Origin: Synechococcus sp. A15-28
GTDB taxonomy: Bacteria; Cyanobacteriota; Cyanobacteriia; PCC-6307; Cyanobiaceae
DNA: 32,000 nt
Assembly: GCF_014280175.1 (NCBI RefSeq)
Contig: NZ_CP047931.1
Location: 1,680,001-1,712,000, forward strand
Direction: 5' to 3'
Part shown: positions 24,676 through 31,793 of the stretch, piece by piece
Layout: every line of letters begins with the position of its first letter
Numbering within the stretch: position 1 is the stretch's first letter
The notes under the pieces: generated by a model
The model's input: the letters and a program-made list of their open reading frames with translations, nothing else
What the model was told of the DNA's origin: nothing
Databases searched by the model: none
Translations under genes and position numbers: made by a program

Positions 24676-25079
24676 TTGAGGTTCCTCAGAAATCCAGGTC
24701 CCCGTTCCTTGGCCTGGTGATCTGCGCCTTGCAGAAGCAAGGTGAACGTTGTCAGTAGCGGTTGCTACAACTCCTTTACAGAGGGGGCGTCAACACCCTT
24801 GTCGTTCAGGCGGATACATATCGTGCTTTTGGCTCGCCCTGCTCAGTGGCTTGCGCAAAAAGAAACCCCGGAGAGATCCCCGAGGTCAAAAATCCTTTCG
24901 GCTGATCCCCATCATCCGGCCGGACCCGATAAAGCTAACCTCATTGGACTCATTTGTGCCACGAGGAACTGATTTCCTCAATTGTGTATTGAAGTTCTGT
25001 TCCGACTTTGATGACACTATATGTGGGGCTAGTCAGCGCGAGGATGCTGCGCCATATTTGGATCTCCCCCATCACCCTG

Positions 25080-25109
25080 CCCGTTGTGCAAGTCACACCG
25101 GGTTTTTTT
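25080..25109 (+). terminator. Orphan rho-independent terminator (possible sRNA 3' end)
   Basis: CCCGTTGTG-CAAGT-CACACCGGG is a 9-bp stem with one mismatch, followed by T7. I found no convincing CDS upstream. Confidence 0.4.
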
Positions 25110-25200
25110 GTGCCCTAAAGCACTAGGGATGGTGCCATGAGCGGCCATTGCGGTCCAAAGACACAGCTTGGATCCACTGACCCTGTGGATAACTGAGGTC

Positions 25201-25228
25201 AAAAAGAAACCCCCGCCAAAGGCAGGGG
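25201..25228 (-). terminator. Second copy of the AAAAAGAAACCCCCGCCAAAGGCAGGGG element (terminator-like on the minus strand only)
   Basis: Identical 28-mer to 24519-24546. On the minus strand the hairpin is followed by TTTCTTTTT. It lies 129 nt downstream of the candidate minus-strand gene 25357-25533. Confidence 0.4.
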
Positions 25229-25356
25229 CTCCGAAACCTCACGGGGGTGTGACCTTGTTTCCAACCCGTGAAGTTTTCCCTCACAACTGAACTGTAAGCG
25301 TCCCAACTGTCACTGTGCCAGTTGGGCGGGGACAGCTTGTGGCTTGTCCTAAGCCA

Positions 25357-25533
25357 TCAAGCCTCGGCTTCTTTCTTGTTGGTCTGATTGTTGTCGATCT
25401 GCTCGGAGGCTCCTTCGGCAGACTTGCTGTACGAGCAACCGCCAGCATTGGCGATGTTGGCGAAGGCAGCCATGACCATGATCGCGATGATCACAGTGCC
25501 ACCAAAGAAGGCAATGTTCGGATGACGGTTCAC
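25357..25533 (-). CDS. Possible small membrane protein (58 aa, GTG start)
   Basis: (M)NRHPNIAFFGGTVIIAIMVMAAFANIANAGGCSYSKSAEGASEQIDNNQTNKKEAEA has one clear TM helix and a polar tail. It is more protein-like than either ORF-track frame here. Confidence 0.35.
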   Translation of the reverse strand: MNRHPNIAFFGGTVIIAIMVMAAFANIANAGGCSYSKSAEGASEQIDNNQTNKKEAEA

Positions 25534-25654
25534 AAGAGATAGTCAAGGGTCTGTGGACCCTATCGACTCAATTCGGATCCTGGGAACGATGTGAGCAACA
25601 ACGTCGGCGTTGATCGAGGGGAAACGGCACTCGGCTTGTCATGGCCATGCTCAA

Positions 25655-25713
25655 GCAAAAAAAGGGAGAAGGCCCCTCAGCCCACTCCCCTGACGCATCC
25701 GAGGCAATGCCTC
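25655..25713. repeat. Dispersed repeat family 2, copy 1
   Basis: GCAAAAAAA..AGGCCCCTCAGCCC..CTCCC..GACGCAT..hairpin GAGGCA-A-TGCCTC. It is homologous to 26297-26367. Confidence 0.45.
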
Positions 25714-26296
25714 AATACCGTTCACTACATCCATGCAGCTCGTCCGGTAGCCCCGCGAACCTGAGTAGCCATTGATAGGTATTACAACTTATGTGGGAAT
25801 CTTTCTCATCCAACCGATGATGAAGATGGAGCGATCACTACGGCAACGCCCTGGGAGATGAAAGCCAGCGGGTTCCCTCACCCGCTTCTCCCTAAAGACC
25901 TTTGGAACATTTTTGTTATTAGGTCAGGGAAATAACCAACTCCTAGCCGGCTCCTGGGGCCCAACCAGCCCCAGCACGCCACCCTTCCAGCCCTGCAGCT
26001 TACTTTCGTCGAAGAAATCCCAGTCCTCCATCGCCCATGGCCGCTAGTACACAAGCACTAGACTCGATGCAGGATTTTGTGCAACTACCTGCAAAGCTGC
26101 GCGCAATCTTGCGTGCAGACAGCAGAAATTCGCTGAGATCGACTGCCACCACTAGCTTTGCTAGAATGCAGTCTAGGGGGCGTCAATTCATGCAGATCTT
26201 GCGCAGGGCTCCCACAACAAACCTCAACGATCGTTGATTCCATTCTGATCGGGTCGATCAGAGCGGATTCTTCACCACCGCATCGCCCGTCATCTG

Positions 26297-26367
26297 GCAA
26301 AAAAAAGAGGTCAGGCCCCTCAGCCCTCCCTCCCATCGCTGGACGCATTCAAGGCAAAAATTGCCTT
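26297..26367. repeat. Dispersed repeat family 2, copy 2
   Basis: GCAAAAAAAA..AGGCCCCTCAGCCC..CTCCC..GACGCAT..hairpin AAGGCAA-AAA-TTGCCTT. The stem sequence differs from copy 1 but pairing is preserved. Confidence 0.45.
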
Positions 26368-26503
26368 CCAGATCACCATGGCTCAACGACTGCCCAACCA
26401 AGCACAGTGACATTTCATCCATCCAGATGCTTTCATTCGAGGTGATGATGGTCATCAGTATGGGGACTCCAGCCCGCTTGCTTCCTCTTCACTGCCATGG
26501 GTT

Positions 26504-26698
26504 ATGGCCAAACTTCTTCGACTCGCCCTCACAACATCTGCATCGTGGCTATCTCCAGCATCTGCACTGGCATCTGAATGCGTGACCATCTCGAGCAACA
26601 GTGATCCGAGTCGTGGTGACGTGGCATGTAAGCGTGTGGCCAGAAGCAGCACCAACGGGATCGGTTTCTGGCGTTGCTGCCGTGATCAATCTCAATAA
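26504..26698 (+). CDS. Possible secreted Cys-rich small peptide (64 aa)
   Basis: MAKLLRLALTTSASWLSPASALA-SECVTISSNSDPSRGDVACKRVARSSTNGIGFWRCCRDQSQ. It has a signal-peptide-like N-terminus with an AxA site and four Cys in the predicted mature part of about 41 aa. It is the most plausible of several overlapping ORFs here. Confidence 0.35.
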   Translation: MAKLLRLALTTSASWLSPASALASECVTISSNSDPSRGDVACKRVARSSTNGIGFWRCCRDQSQ

Positions 26699-26811
26699 AT
26701 GCGTGTTCCATCGACTGTGCTCAGCGGAATTGTTCGCACTGCCGACAAGCAACCCCTCAACACCTTAACGAATGAGGGCTGTTGAGTTATAATACTTCTA
26801 GAAAGAACAAC

Positions 26812-27066
26812 ATGAAGGACATCAAAGACAATCCTCTCTCATTTGCTGCCAAAGACGCAAAGAAGATTCAGCACCAAAGGCAAGCGGAAGCGTTTTTCCG
26901 GCAGGCACAAACCGTGATTGTGACGCAACAGGATTGGCAAGCCTGTGGATCCCTCATTCTCAAGGGCCTAGCCGAAGAGCGTAAAGCCATGAATTCAGGC
27001 GTTCAGGTGCTGAACGTGATTCGCCAACGACCCAAAACACGTCTTGAATTCAGTTTTCGCAGCTGA
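26812..27066 (+). CDS. Hypothetical protein (84 aa from ATG 26812)
   Basis: A perfect TATAAT lies at 26788-26793 with TTAACG 17 nt upstream, which argues for the internal ATG rather than the TTG at 26782. The protein is helical and charged, with no recognised family. Confidence 0.45.
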   Translation: MKDIKDNPLSFAAKDAKKIQHQRQAEAFFRQAQTVIVTQQDWQACGSLILKGLAEERKAMNSGVQVLNVIRQRPKTRLEFSFRS

Positions 27067-27254
27067 CTGCCCCCCTAATATCGCTTGGTCTTCATTTACA
27101 CCAACGGGATATATCAAAACAACCGCAATTCAGGGTCAAGATAAAAAAATTGACACCAGTGATTACAGCACCTCACAAAGCCAGTGTGATTAAATTATGT
27201 GTCAAGGAATACTTTCAATAACTGGAGTGCCTGACAAGGTAGTGCCATCCAAGA

Positions 27255-27560
27255 ATGAACAATGGCAGCGAAATTTCTGACAATATACGCGTGATCTGCA
27301 AGGAAGGTTGTGAGGAGTCATTTGTTGCCGCCACGGAAGCCTGGATCAACCCTGATGGAATGCTGGATGCTTATTGGGCGAAAACTGGAGAGCGGAGCTA
27401 CTGCTTCGTGGGTCTCTGGGAAAGTGAAGAAAAGCTTGTGGAAGCCCGACCACAGATGATTCAGCACCTCAACGAGGTACGAGATTTCCTACAGGAACTC
27501 TCGCCAGAACTTGGTGTAACGGATCCCGTTTCAGGTGCTGTGGTGACCCATAAGGAGTGA
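27255..27560 (+). CDS. Small ABM/Dabb-like (antibiotic biosynthesis monooxygenase-fold) protein
   Basis: 101 aa. The SYCFVGLWESEEKLVEARPQMIQHLNEVRDFL pattern (W-E-S-x-E...A...) is typical of ABM-domain proteins. The assignment is tentative. Confidence 0.5.
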   Translation: MNNGSEISDNIRVICKEGCEESFVAATEAWINPDGMLDAYWAKTGERSYCFVGLWESEEKLVEARPQMIQHLNEVRDFLQELSPELGVTDPVSGAVVTHKE

Positions 27561-27612
27561 TTGACAACGGCCTGTCCGCGGACCCATCACCATTCACCCC
27601 ACCGGCAAACCA

Positions 27613-27837
27613 ATGATCAGATTGCTGGGCCTGAATGCCGATGAAATCAACTTTGCTTTGCGGTCCTTCGCCGCAAAAGTTGTTCTGTTCTGGTTGGTTG
27701 AACTGCTGATCTGCAATTTGGACCACAAACGTGCAATTTGTGCTGTTGTTGGACGAGGTTTTCTCCCCTGTCTTTTCAGTTTTGCCGTTATGGATTGGCT
27801 GATCATTCCCCGAATGCGACGCAGACTCAGGAAGTGA
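27613..27837 (+). CDS. Possible small membrane protein (74 aa)
   Basis: It has two hydrophobic segments (AAKVVLFWLVELLICNL, FLPCLFSFAVMDWLII) and a basic C-terminus, RMRRRLRK. The antisense 154-aa ORF is not protein-like. Confidence 0.3.
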   Translation: MIRLLGLNADEINFALRSFAAKVVLFWLVELLICNLDHKRAICAVVGRGFLPCLFSFAVMDWLIIPRMRRRLRK

Positions 27838-27948
27838 TCCTGGACGTACGCCCATGTCAATTGAAACCTTGGAGCAAATCGTGGCTGTGCTGGTCACAGC
27901 AGGGCTCGTCGCGGGAAATTTCCTGATGTTCACCCCCTGGCGCGATGG

Positions 27949-28254
27949 TCAGGACCCGCGTGAGCTATCGGCGAAATGGGATGTGACCAAGCCCTGCAAA
28001 AGCTTGAGTGACTCCAGAACCTCCAAGCGTTTCTGGGCCTGAGCCAGCATCGGCTTGCCGTGGGGGACGCAGGACTCAATCAGGGATGCCGCCTCCGAAG
28101 CTTCCGCCTTGACCCAGCTCAAGCAGCGATCAATCTGCTGCGCCACATCCCCCTCATGGAGAGCTCCGGCGTAGTTCGGTCCGGCGATGGCCAGAAGCAA
28201 CGTCCTGACGGCCTGCTCGGTGGTTTCCTGAGTCGGGTTGAAAGAGTCAGTCAT
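27949..28254 (-). CDS. Hypothetical protein (101 aa from ATG 28254)
   Basis: MTDSFNPTQETTEQAVRTLLLAIAG...AQAQKRLEVLESLKLLQGL is helical and coding-like. Its ATG overlaps the upstream gene's stop (ATGACTGA). Confidence 0.45.
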   Translation of the reverse strand: MTDSFNPTQETTEQAVRTLLLAIAGPNYAGALHEGDVAQQIDRCLSWVKAEASEAASLIESCVPHGKPMLAQAQKRLEVLESLKLLQGLVTSHFADSSRGS

Positions 28255-28657
28255 CAAACACCGTGATGCCACTGGCCTGTTCTTCGAGATGGGCCGCTCG
28301 ATCCAGCACCGCCTTGAGCACCTCCTCCGCGGCTGGATCCAGCCGGAGTTGCTGCAGGGTGAAGGCCACATCCCGCGTTGAGGTCAAAACTGCCGGTGAA
28401 ACCTGTTCGAGGGGAATGGCCGGCCCTCGGCGGCGGCGTTTCGTGTGCTCGGCCTGCGTCCCCGCATCCTTTGCCATCCCCACTTCAGCCAATACATCAA
28501 TTATGACCCTTGTCCAAATGTGTCCTCGAGCACAGAAGGTGGCACAGTGATGGGAATGGATCATGAACCGAATGATGCTGAGCAGCCCTGCGTCGGAAAC
28601 GCGCCAGTGCAGCAACTGCGGAAAAACGCTTTCGCTCAATTTCTTCGCACTGGACAC
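28247..28657 (-). CDS. Hypothetical protein (136 aa; alternative 76-aa form from ATG 28477)
   Basis: The C-terminal half (MAKDAGTQAEHTKRRRRGPAIPLEQ...LKAVLDRAAHLEEQ) looks protein-like. The N-terminal half is H/C/W-rich and doubtful. The gene is coupled to the downstream ORF. Confidence 0.4.
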   Translation of the reverse strand: MSSAKKLSESVFPQLLHWRVSDAGLLSIIRFMIHSHHCATFCARGHIWTRVIIDVLAEVGMAKDAGTQAEHTKRRRRGPAIPLEQVSPAVLTSTRDVAFTLQQLRLDPAAEEVLKAVLDRAAHLEEQASGITVFDD

Positions 28658-28723
28658 CCGAGAATGCAGGCGCTGTGAAGCACAGCGGAACAGCCAGATG
28701 GAAGAAGCCCTCCAGCAGTCGGC

Positions 28724-30091
28724 CTAGAGCCCCTCGAAGACCGTGAACAGAGCGTGGCGTTGCAGATCCAGATCACTGACTCCTGGAAGCTGCGCCACCA
28801 CCCGACCATCAACCAACACCTGGCTGCCATCTCCACTGGAATCGAGCGTCACGGCAGTGGAGTCGACATCGAACACCAGCCGATCCTTGCGTCTGTGGAA
28901 GTCGGTGACCTCCACAAAGGCACCGGCTTGAGCTGAAATCCAGAACTGATCCCTCCCTTTGCCGCCGGTGACCCGGTTGCCACGGCCACCTCCGGCAACC
29001 AACACATCAGAACCTTTTTTTCCCTTCAGCCGATTGTCAGCTTCGTTGCCAATCAGGAGATCATCTCCCTTTCCTCCGATGGCAATTTCAATCACACAAA
29101 GCCCTGCAGGCTGGCCGAGGTTGGTGCCATCCCAGTCGTGCGCGATGGTGAAACCACCGAAGACACCGTCAACGCGGCTGACGTACCCGCCGGCATTGAC
29201 GTCTTCGCCGAGGGTCGCGTTGCGCAGATCGATGGTGACTGGAGCTGTGGCACCAGCGGCTGTGATGCGGTCCACCCCGCCGGTATCCCAGATCGAACGC
29301 CAGCCTGTTCCCTCACGGTTTTCCAAAGGCAAGACATAGGTGTCGTTGGCGGAGGCAGCGTTAGAATTGACTCCGTACATCCATTGCAAGGCAGCAATGT
29401 CCAGTGCCCCAGGCGTCTGAAGAAAGCCGTAGGCCTCCTTGGATTGCGGGACAATTCCATTTCGGGCCCCCTGGTCGACGTAGCTGAGCTGAGTGAAGGG
29501 GTGGGCGTTCTGATCGAAATCGCCTTTGTCGCGAAACTCGTTCGACTTGCGCGTTAACCCAGGGAAGCGGGGCTGATCAAGCAGGCCTTTGTCGTGAGGA
29601 TGCTTCAGGCCGACGGCATGAGAAAGCTCATGCAGAAACGTGATCCCGTAAAAGCTGCCGGAGGCAATCGAATCTTTGAAGCTGCCATCAGCGTTCTGGT
29701 AGGTCGACCAGTTGATGGCCACCAACCCCTCATCCGAGTCGCTGCCGGGGGTGTATGCAAAGCCGTAACTGTCGTCCGACTCCCGTTTGTCGAGGTTGTA
29801 GTACCAGATCTCCACATCATCGTCGTTGTCATCACCGCGATCGGTGAACTGAAGGGCACACACCGCTGAAATCTCAGCCATGGCCTGCTCCATCAGCTGA
29901 CGTTCTTCGTCGCTCCAGCCCCAGGAGGGGTAGCCCCCAAATTCGCCACCCTGGAGTGCAGAAGTATCGCTGATGAAGGTGTAGCCGACAGCAGGATCGA
30001 TGGTCGACGTTCCCCAGCGGTAGCCGTCCGTCAGCCCATCAATCCAGGCATTGCCTGACCGTGGCACTTCAATCGCAGTTTGGTAAGCCAA
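28724..30091 (-). CDS. Serralysin-like metzincin metalloprotease with C-terminal RTX (hemolysin-type Ca-binding) repeats
   Basis: 455 aa. Zinc motif HELSHAVGLKH is at aa 154-164 (nt 29600-29632). Gly/Asp nonapeptide-like repeats are GGKGDDLLIGNEADNRLKGKKGSDVLVAGGGRGNRVTGGKGRD. There is no N-terminal signal peptide, which is consistent with type I secretion. Confidence 0.85.
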   Translation of the reverse strand: MAYQTAIEVPRSGNAWIDGLTDGYRWGTSTIDPAVGYTFISDTSALQGGEFGGYPSWGWSDEERQLMEQAMAEISAVCALQFTDRGDDNDDDVEIWYYNLDKRESDDSYGFAYTPGSDSDEGLVAINWSTYQNADGSFKDSIASGSFYGITFLHELSHAVGLKHPHDKGLLDQPRFPGLTRKSNEFRDKGDFDQNAHPFTQLSYVDQGARNGIVPQSKEAYGFLQTPGALDIAALQWMYGVNSNAASANDTYVLPLENREGTGWRSIWDTGGVDRITAAGATAPVTIDLRNATLGEDVNAGGYVSRVDGVFGGFTIAHDWDGTNLGQPAGLCVIEIAIGGKGDDLLIGNEADNRLKGKKGSDVLVAGGGRGNRVTGGKGRDQFWISAQAGAFVEVTDFHRRKDRLVFDVDSTAVTLDSSGDGSQVLVDGRVVAQLPGVSDLDLQRHALFTVFEGL

Positions 30092-30181
30092 GAGTGAGCC
30101 GAAGAACTTGGTGTCGATTTAGTGCCAGAGCCAACAGCAACCCGCACGACACGACATCATCTTGGCAATACACCTGCTGCC

Positions 30182-30976
30182 ATGCAGACCCCCCGTTCAA
30201 TCAACGACCCTTCCACTGGTTTGGTGAGTCTGGTCGCCATTCTGCTGAGCGTGCTGCTGCTTCTGGGTCAGTCCCTGTTCATTGTTCCCGCTGGGCAGGT
30301 TGCGGTGGTCACCACCCTTGGCAAGGTGAGTGGAGGATCACGTCTGCCCGGCTTGAATTTGAAGATCCCCTTCGTGCAAGCGGTGTCTGGCTTCGATGTC
30401 CGCACACAGGTGAGGCCTGAGGAATTCGCCACCCTGACGAAGGATCTCCAGGTGATCGAAGCCACGGCAACCGTGAAATACGCCGTTCGCCCCGACGAGG
30501 CCGGTCGAATCTTTCGCACCATCGCCGGCAACGATCGTGAGATTTACCCCCGCATCATTCAGCCCTCGCTGCTGAAGGCTCTCAAGTCGGTGTTTTCGCA
30601 GTACGAGCTGGTGACAATCGCCACGGAGTGGAACGACATCTCATCATTGGTCGAACGCACGGTGGCTGAGGAACTCGACAAGTTCGATTACGTGGACGTG
30701 CGTGGCCTCGATCTCACGGGTCTGCAAATCGCCGAGGAATACAGAGCAGCCATCGAACAGAAGCAGATTGCCGAACAGCAGCTGCTGAGGGCTCAGACGG
30801 AAGTGAAGATCGCTGAGCAGGAAGCCATCCGTTACGACACGCTGAATCGCAGCCTGGACGAGCAGGTGCTGTTCAAGCTCTTCCTGGACAAATGGGACGG
30901 CCGTACGGAAGTGGTTCCGGCACTTCCCGGGACAACCGGAGGAATTCCTCCCGTCATCGTTGGTCGCAAGAGTTGA
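30182..30976 (+). CDS. SPFH/Band-7 (prohibitin-family) membrane protein
   Basis: An N-terminal TM helix is followed by VPAGQVAVVTTLGKV...LNLKIPFVQ...V and a C-terminal AEQQ-rich coiled coil. I prefer the ATG at 30182 over the upstream GTG at 30122. Confidence 0.85.
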   Translation: MQTPRSINDPSTGLVSLVAILLSVLLLLGQSLFIVPAGQVAVVTTLGKVSGGSRLPGLNLKIPFVQAVSGFDVRTQVRPEEFATLTKDLQVIEATATVKYAVRPDEAGRIFRTIAGNDREIYPRIIQPSLLKALKSVFSQYELVTIATEWNDISSLVERTVAEELDKFDYVDVRGLDLTGLQIAEEYRAAIEQKQIAEQQLLRAQTEVKIAEQEAIRYDTLNRSLDEQVLFKLFLDKWDGRTEVVPALPGTTGGIPPVIVGRKS

Positions 30977-31793
30977 AGATCTCTTAAATTTGACGGGCGA
31001 TCAACAACGTCTTTTAGAAGAATGCGATCGTCTTGACGAGCTTCATCGCAGTTACGACGGCGACGCCAGGCTGATCGCCACCCTCGGGCTGTTGGCTGAT
31101 AACGCCGCTGTGGTGATCGGAGCCATGGTGGTGGCACCCTGGATCCTCCCCCTCCGAGTCGCCGTCTTCGCCATCCTCGTCGGCGACTGGCGATTGCTTC
31201 CCCGTTCCGCCCTCACCCTGGTGGCAGTTGCCATCGTGACGGTGCTGCTGTCGATGTCACTTGGGCTGATCGCTCAGGCCAACGGCCTGTTGATCGTGGA
31301 TTCCTTCACGGGCGTGGATGACTTCACAGGGGAAATCCAAAGCCGATTAACGCCGACGCTCCTGGATCTCGGCATCGCCCTCGCCGCCGGCGCCATCGCC
31401 ACCTACGCGAAAGTCAACCCTGGTGCGGTGAGTTCCATGGCCGGAACGGCGATTGCCGTGGCCCTGGTTCCCCCGGTCTGCGTGATGGGGCTCATGCTGG
31501 CAGCGGGTGACTTCACAGACGCGCGGGGGGCCGGACTGCTCTATGCCGCCAACCTGCTGGGCATATTGATTGGGGGCATATTGATTGGGGGCATCTCGGT
31601 GCTGGCCATTCGGGAGCCCTATTTCCGAGACAAACTGCGCCGACAGCGACGTTCGCGGTTGCCGCTCCTGCTGGCCTTGGCTCTGGCCAGCTGGGTGGGT
31701 TCAAGCTCTATGGCCGCTATGAACAACACCTTTATGCCGTTAAACGGGACAACGCCAAGGTCAGGATCGAACAGGATATCAGCGCATATTTAA
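30960..31793 (+). CDS. DUF389-family membrane protein (start uncertain; reading frame appears to break near 31700)
   Basis: IATLGLLADNAAVVIGAMVVAPW...TYAKVNPGAVSSMAGTAIAVALVPP matches the DUF389/TIGR00341-type pattern. The last 30 or so codons of this frame look non-native. Confidence 0.7.
   Translation: MVARVEDLLNLTGDQQRLLEECDRLDELHRSYDGDARLIATLGLLADNAAVVIGAMVVAPWILPLRVAVFAILVGDWRLLPRSALTLVAVAIVTVLLSMSLGLIAQANGLLIVDSFTGVDDFTGEIQSRLTPTLLDLGIALAAGAIATYAKVNPGAVSSMAGTAIAVALVPPVCVMGLMLAAGDFTDARGAGLLYAANLLGILIGGILIGGISVLAIREPYFRDKLRRQRRSRLPLLLALALASWVGSSSMAAMNNTFMPLNGTTPRSGSNRISAHI
31561..31590 (+). repeat. Perfect 15-nt tandem duplication (GCATATTGATTGGGG x2) inside the DUF389 gene
   Basis: I read this directly from the sequence. 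It is in frame and encodes the GILIG-GILIG repeat in a TM segment. Confidence 0.9.

Noticed and set aside
24239-25126. ORF-track frames 24239-24520 (-), 24742-24972 (+) and 24749-25126 (+)
   Set aside because: The first is antisense to a better 58-aa membrane micro-gene. The other two are Arg/Cys/Pro-rich and cross repeat and terminator elements.
25315-25546. 75-aa plus-strand and 65-aa minus-strand ORF-track frames
   Set aside because: A third frame (minus strand, 25357-25533, GTG start) gives a much more protein-like TM peptide. The listed frames are Cys/Arg/His-rich.
25924-26031. 35-codon minus-strand ORF MEDWDFFDESKLQGWKGGVLGLVGPQEPARSWLFP
   Set aside because: It is too short and has no recognisable family, Shine-Dalgarno sequence or partner signal, so I could not support it as a feature.
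26037-26752. Cluster of eight mutually overlapping 60-95-aa ORFs on both strands
   Set aside because: Only 26504-26698 has any protein-like architecture (a signal-like N-terminus with spaced cysteines). The rest are Arg/Ser/Cys/His-rich and overlap the family-2 repeat.
27173-27189. Inverted repeat TCACA-N7-TGTGA upstream of the ABM-like gene, considered as a CRP/NtcA-type site
   Set aside because: The half-site orientation and spacing do not match TGTGA-N6-TCACA (CRP) or GTA-N8-TAC (NtcA). A 5-bp inverted repeat is likely to be chance.
27469-28042. 154-aa and 88-aa minus-strand ORFs, and the 62-aa plus-strand ORF 27854-28042
   Set aside because: The minus-strand ORFs overlap the 3' end of the ABM-like gene and have low-complexity translations. 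The 62-aa ORF starts with a nice TM-like segment, but its last 94 nt overlap the better-looking convergent gene 27949-28254.
28743-29869. Several plus-strand ORFs of 60-139 aa, plus minus-strand alternate-frame ORFs at 29092-29460 and 29605-29859, inside the protease gene
   Set aside because: They are antisense or alternate-frame to a gene with metzincin and RTX motifs.
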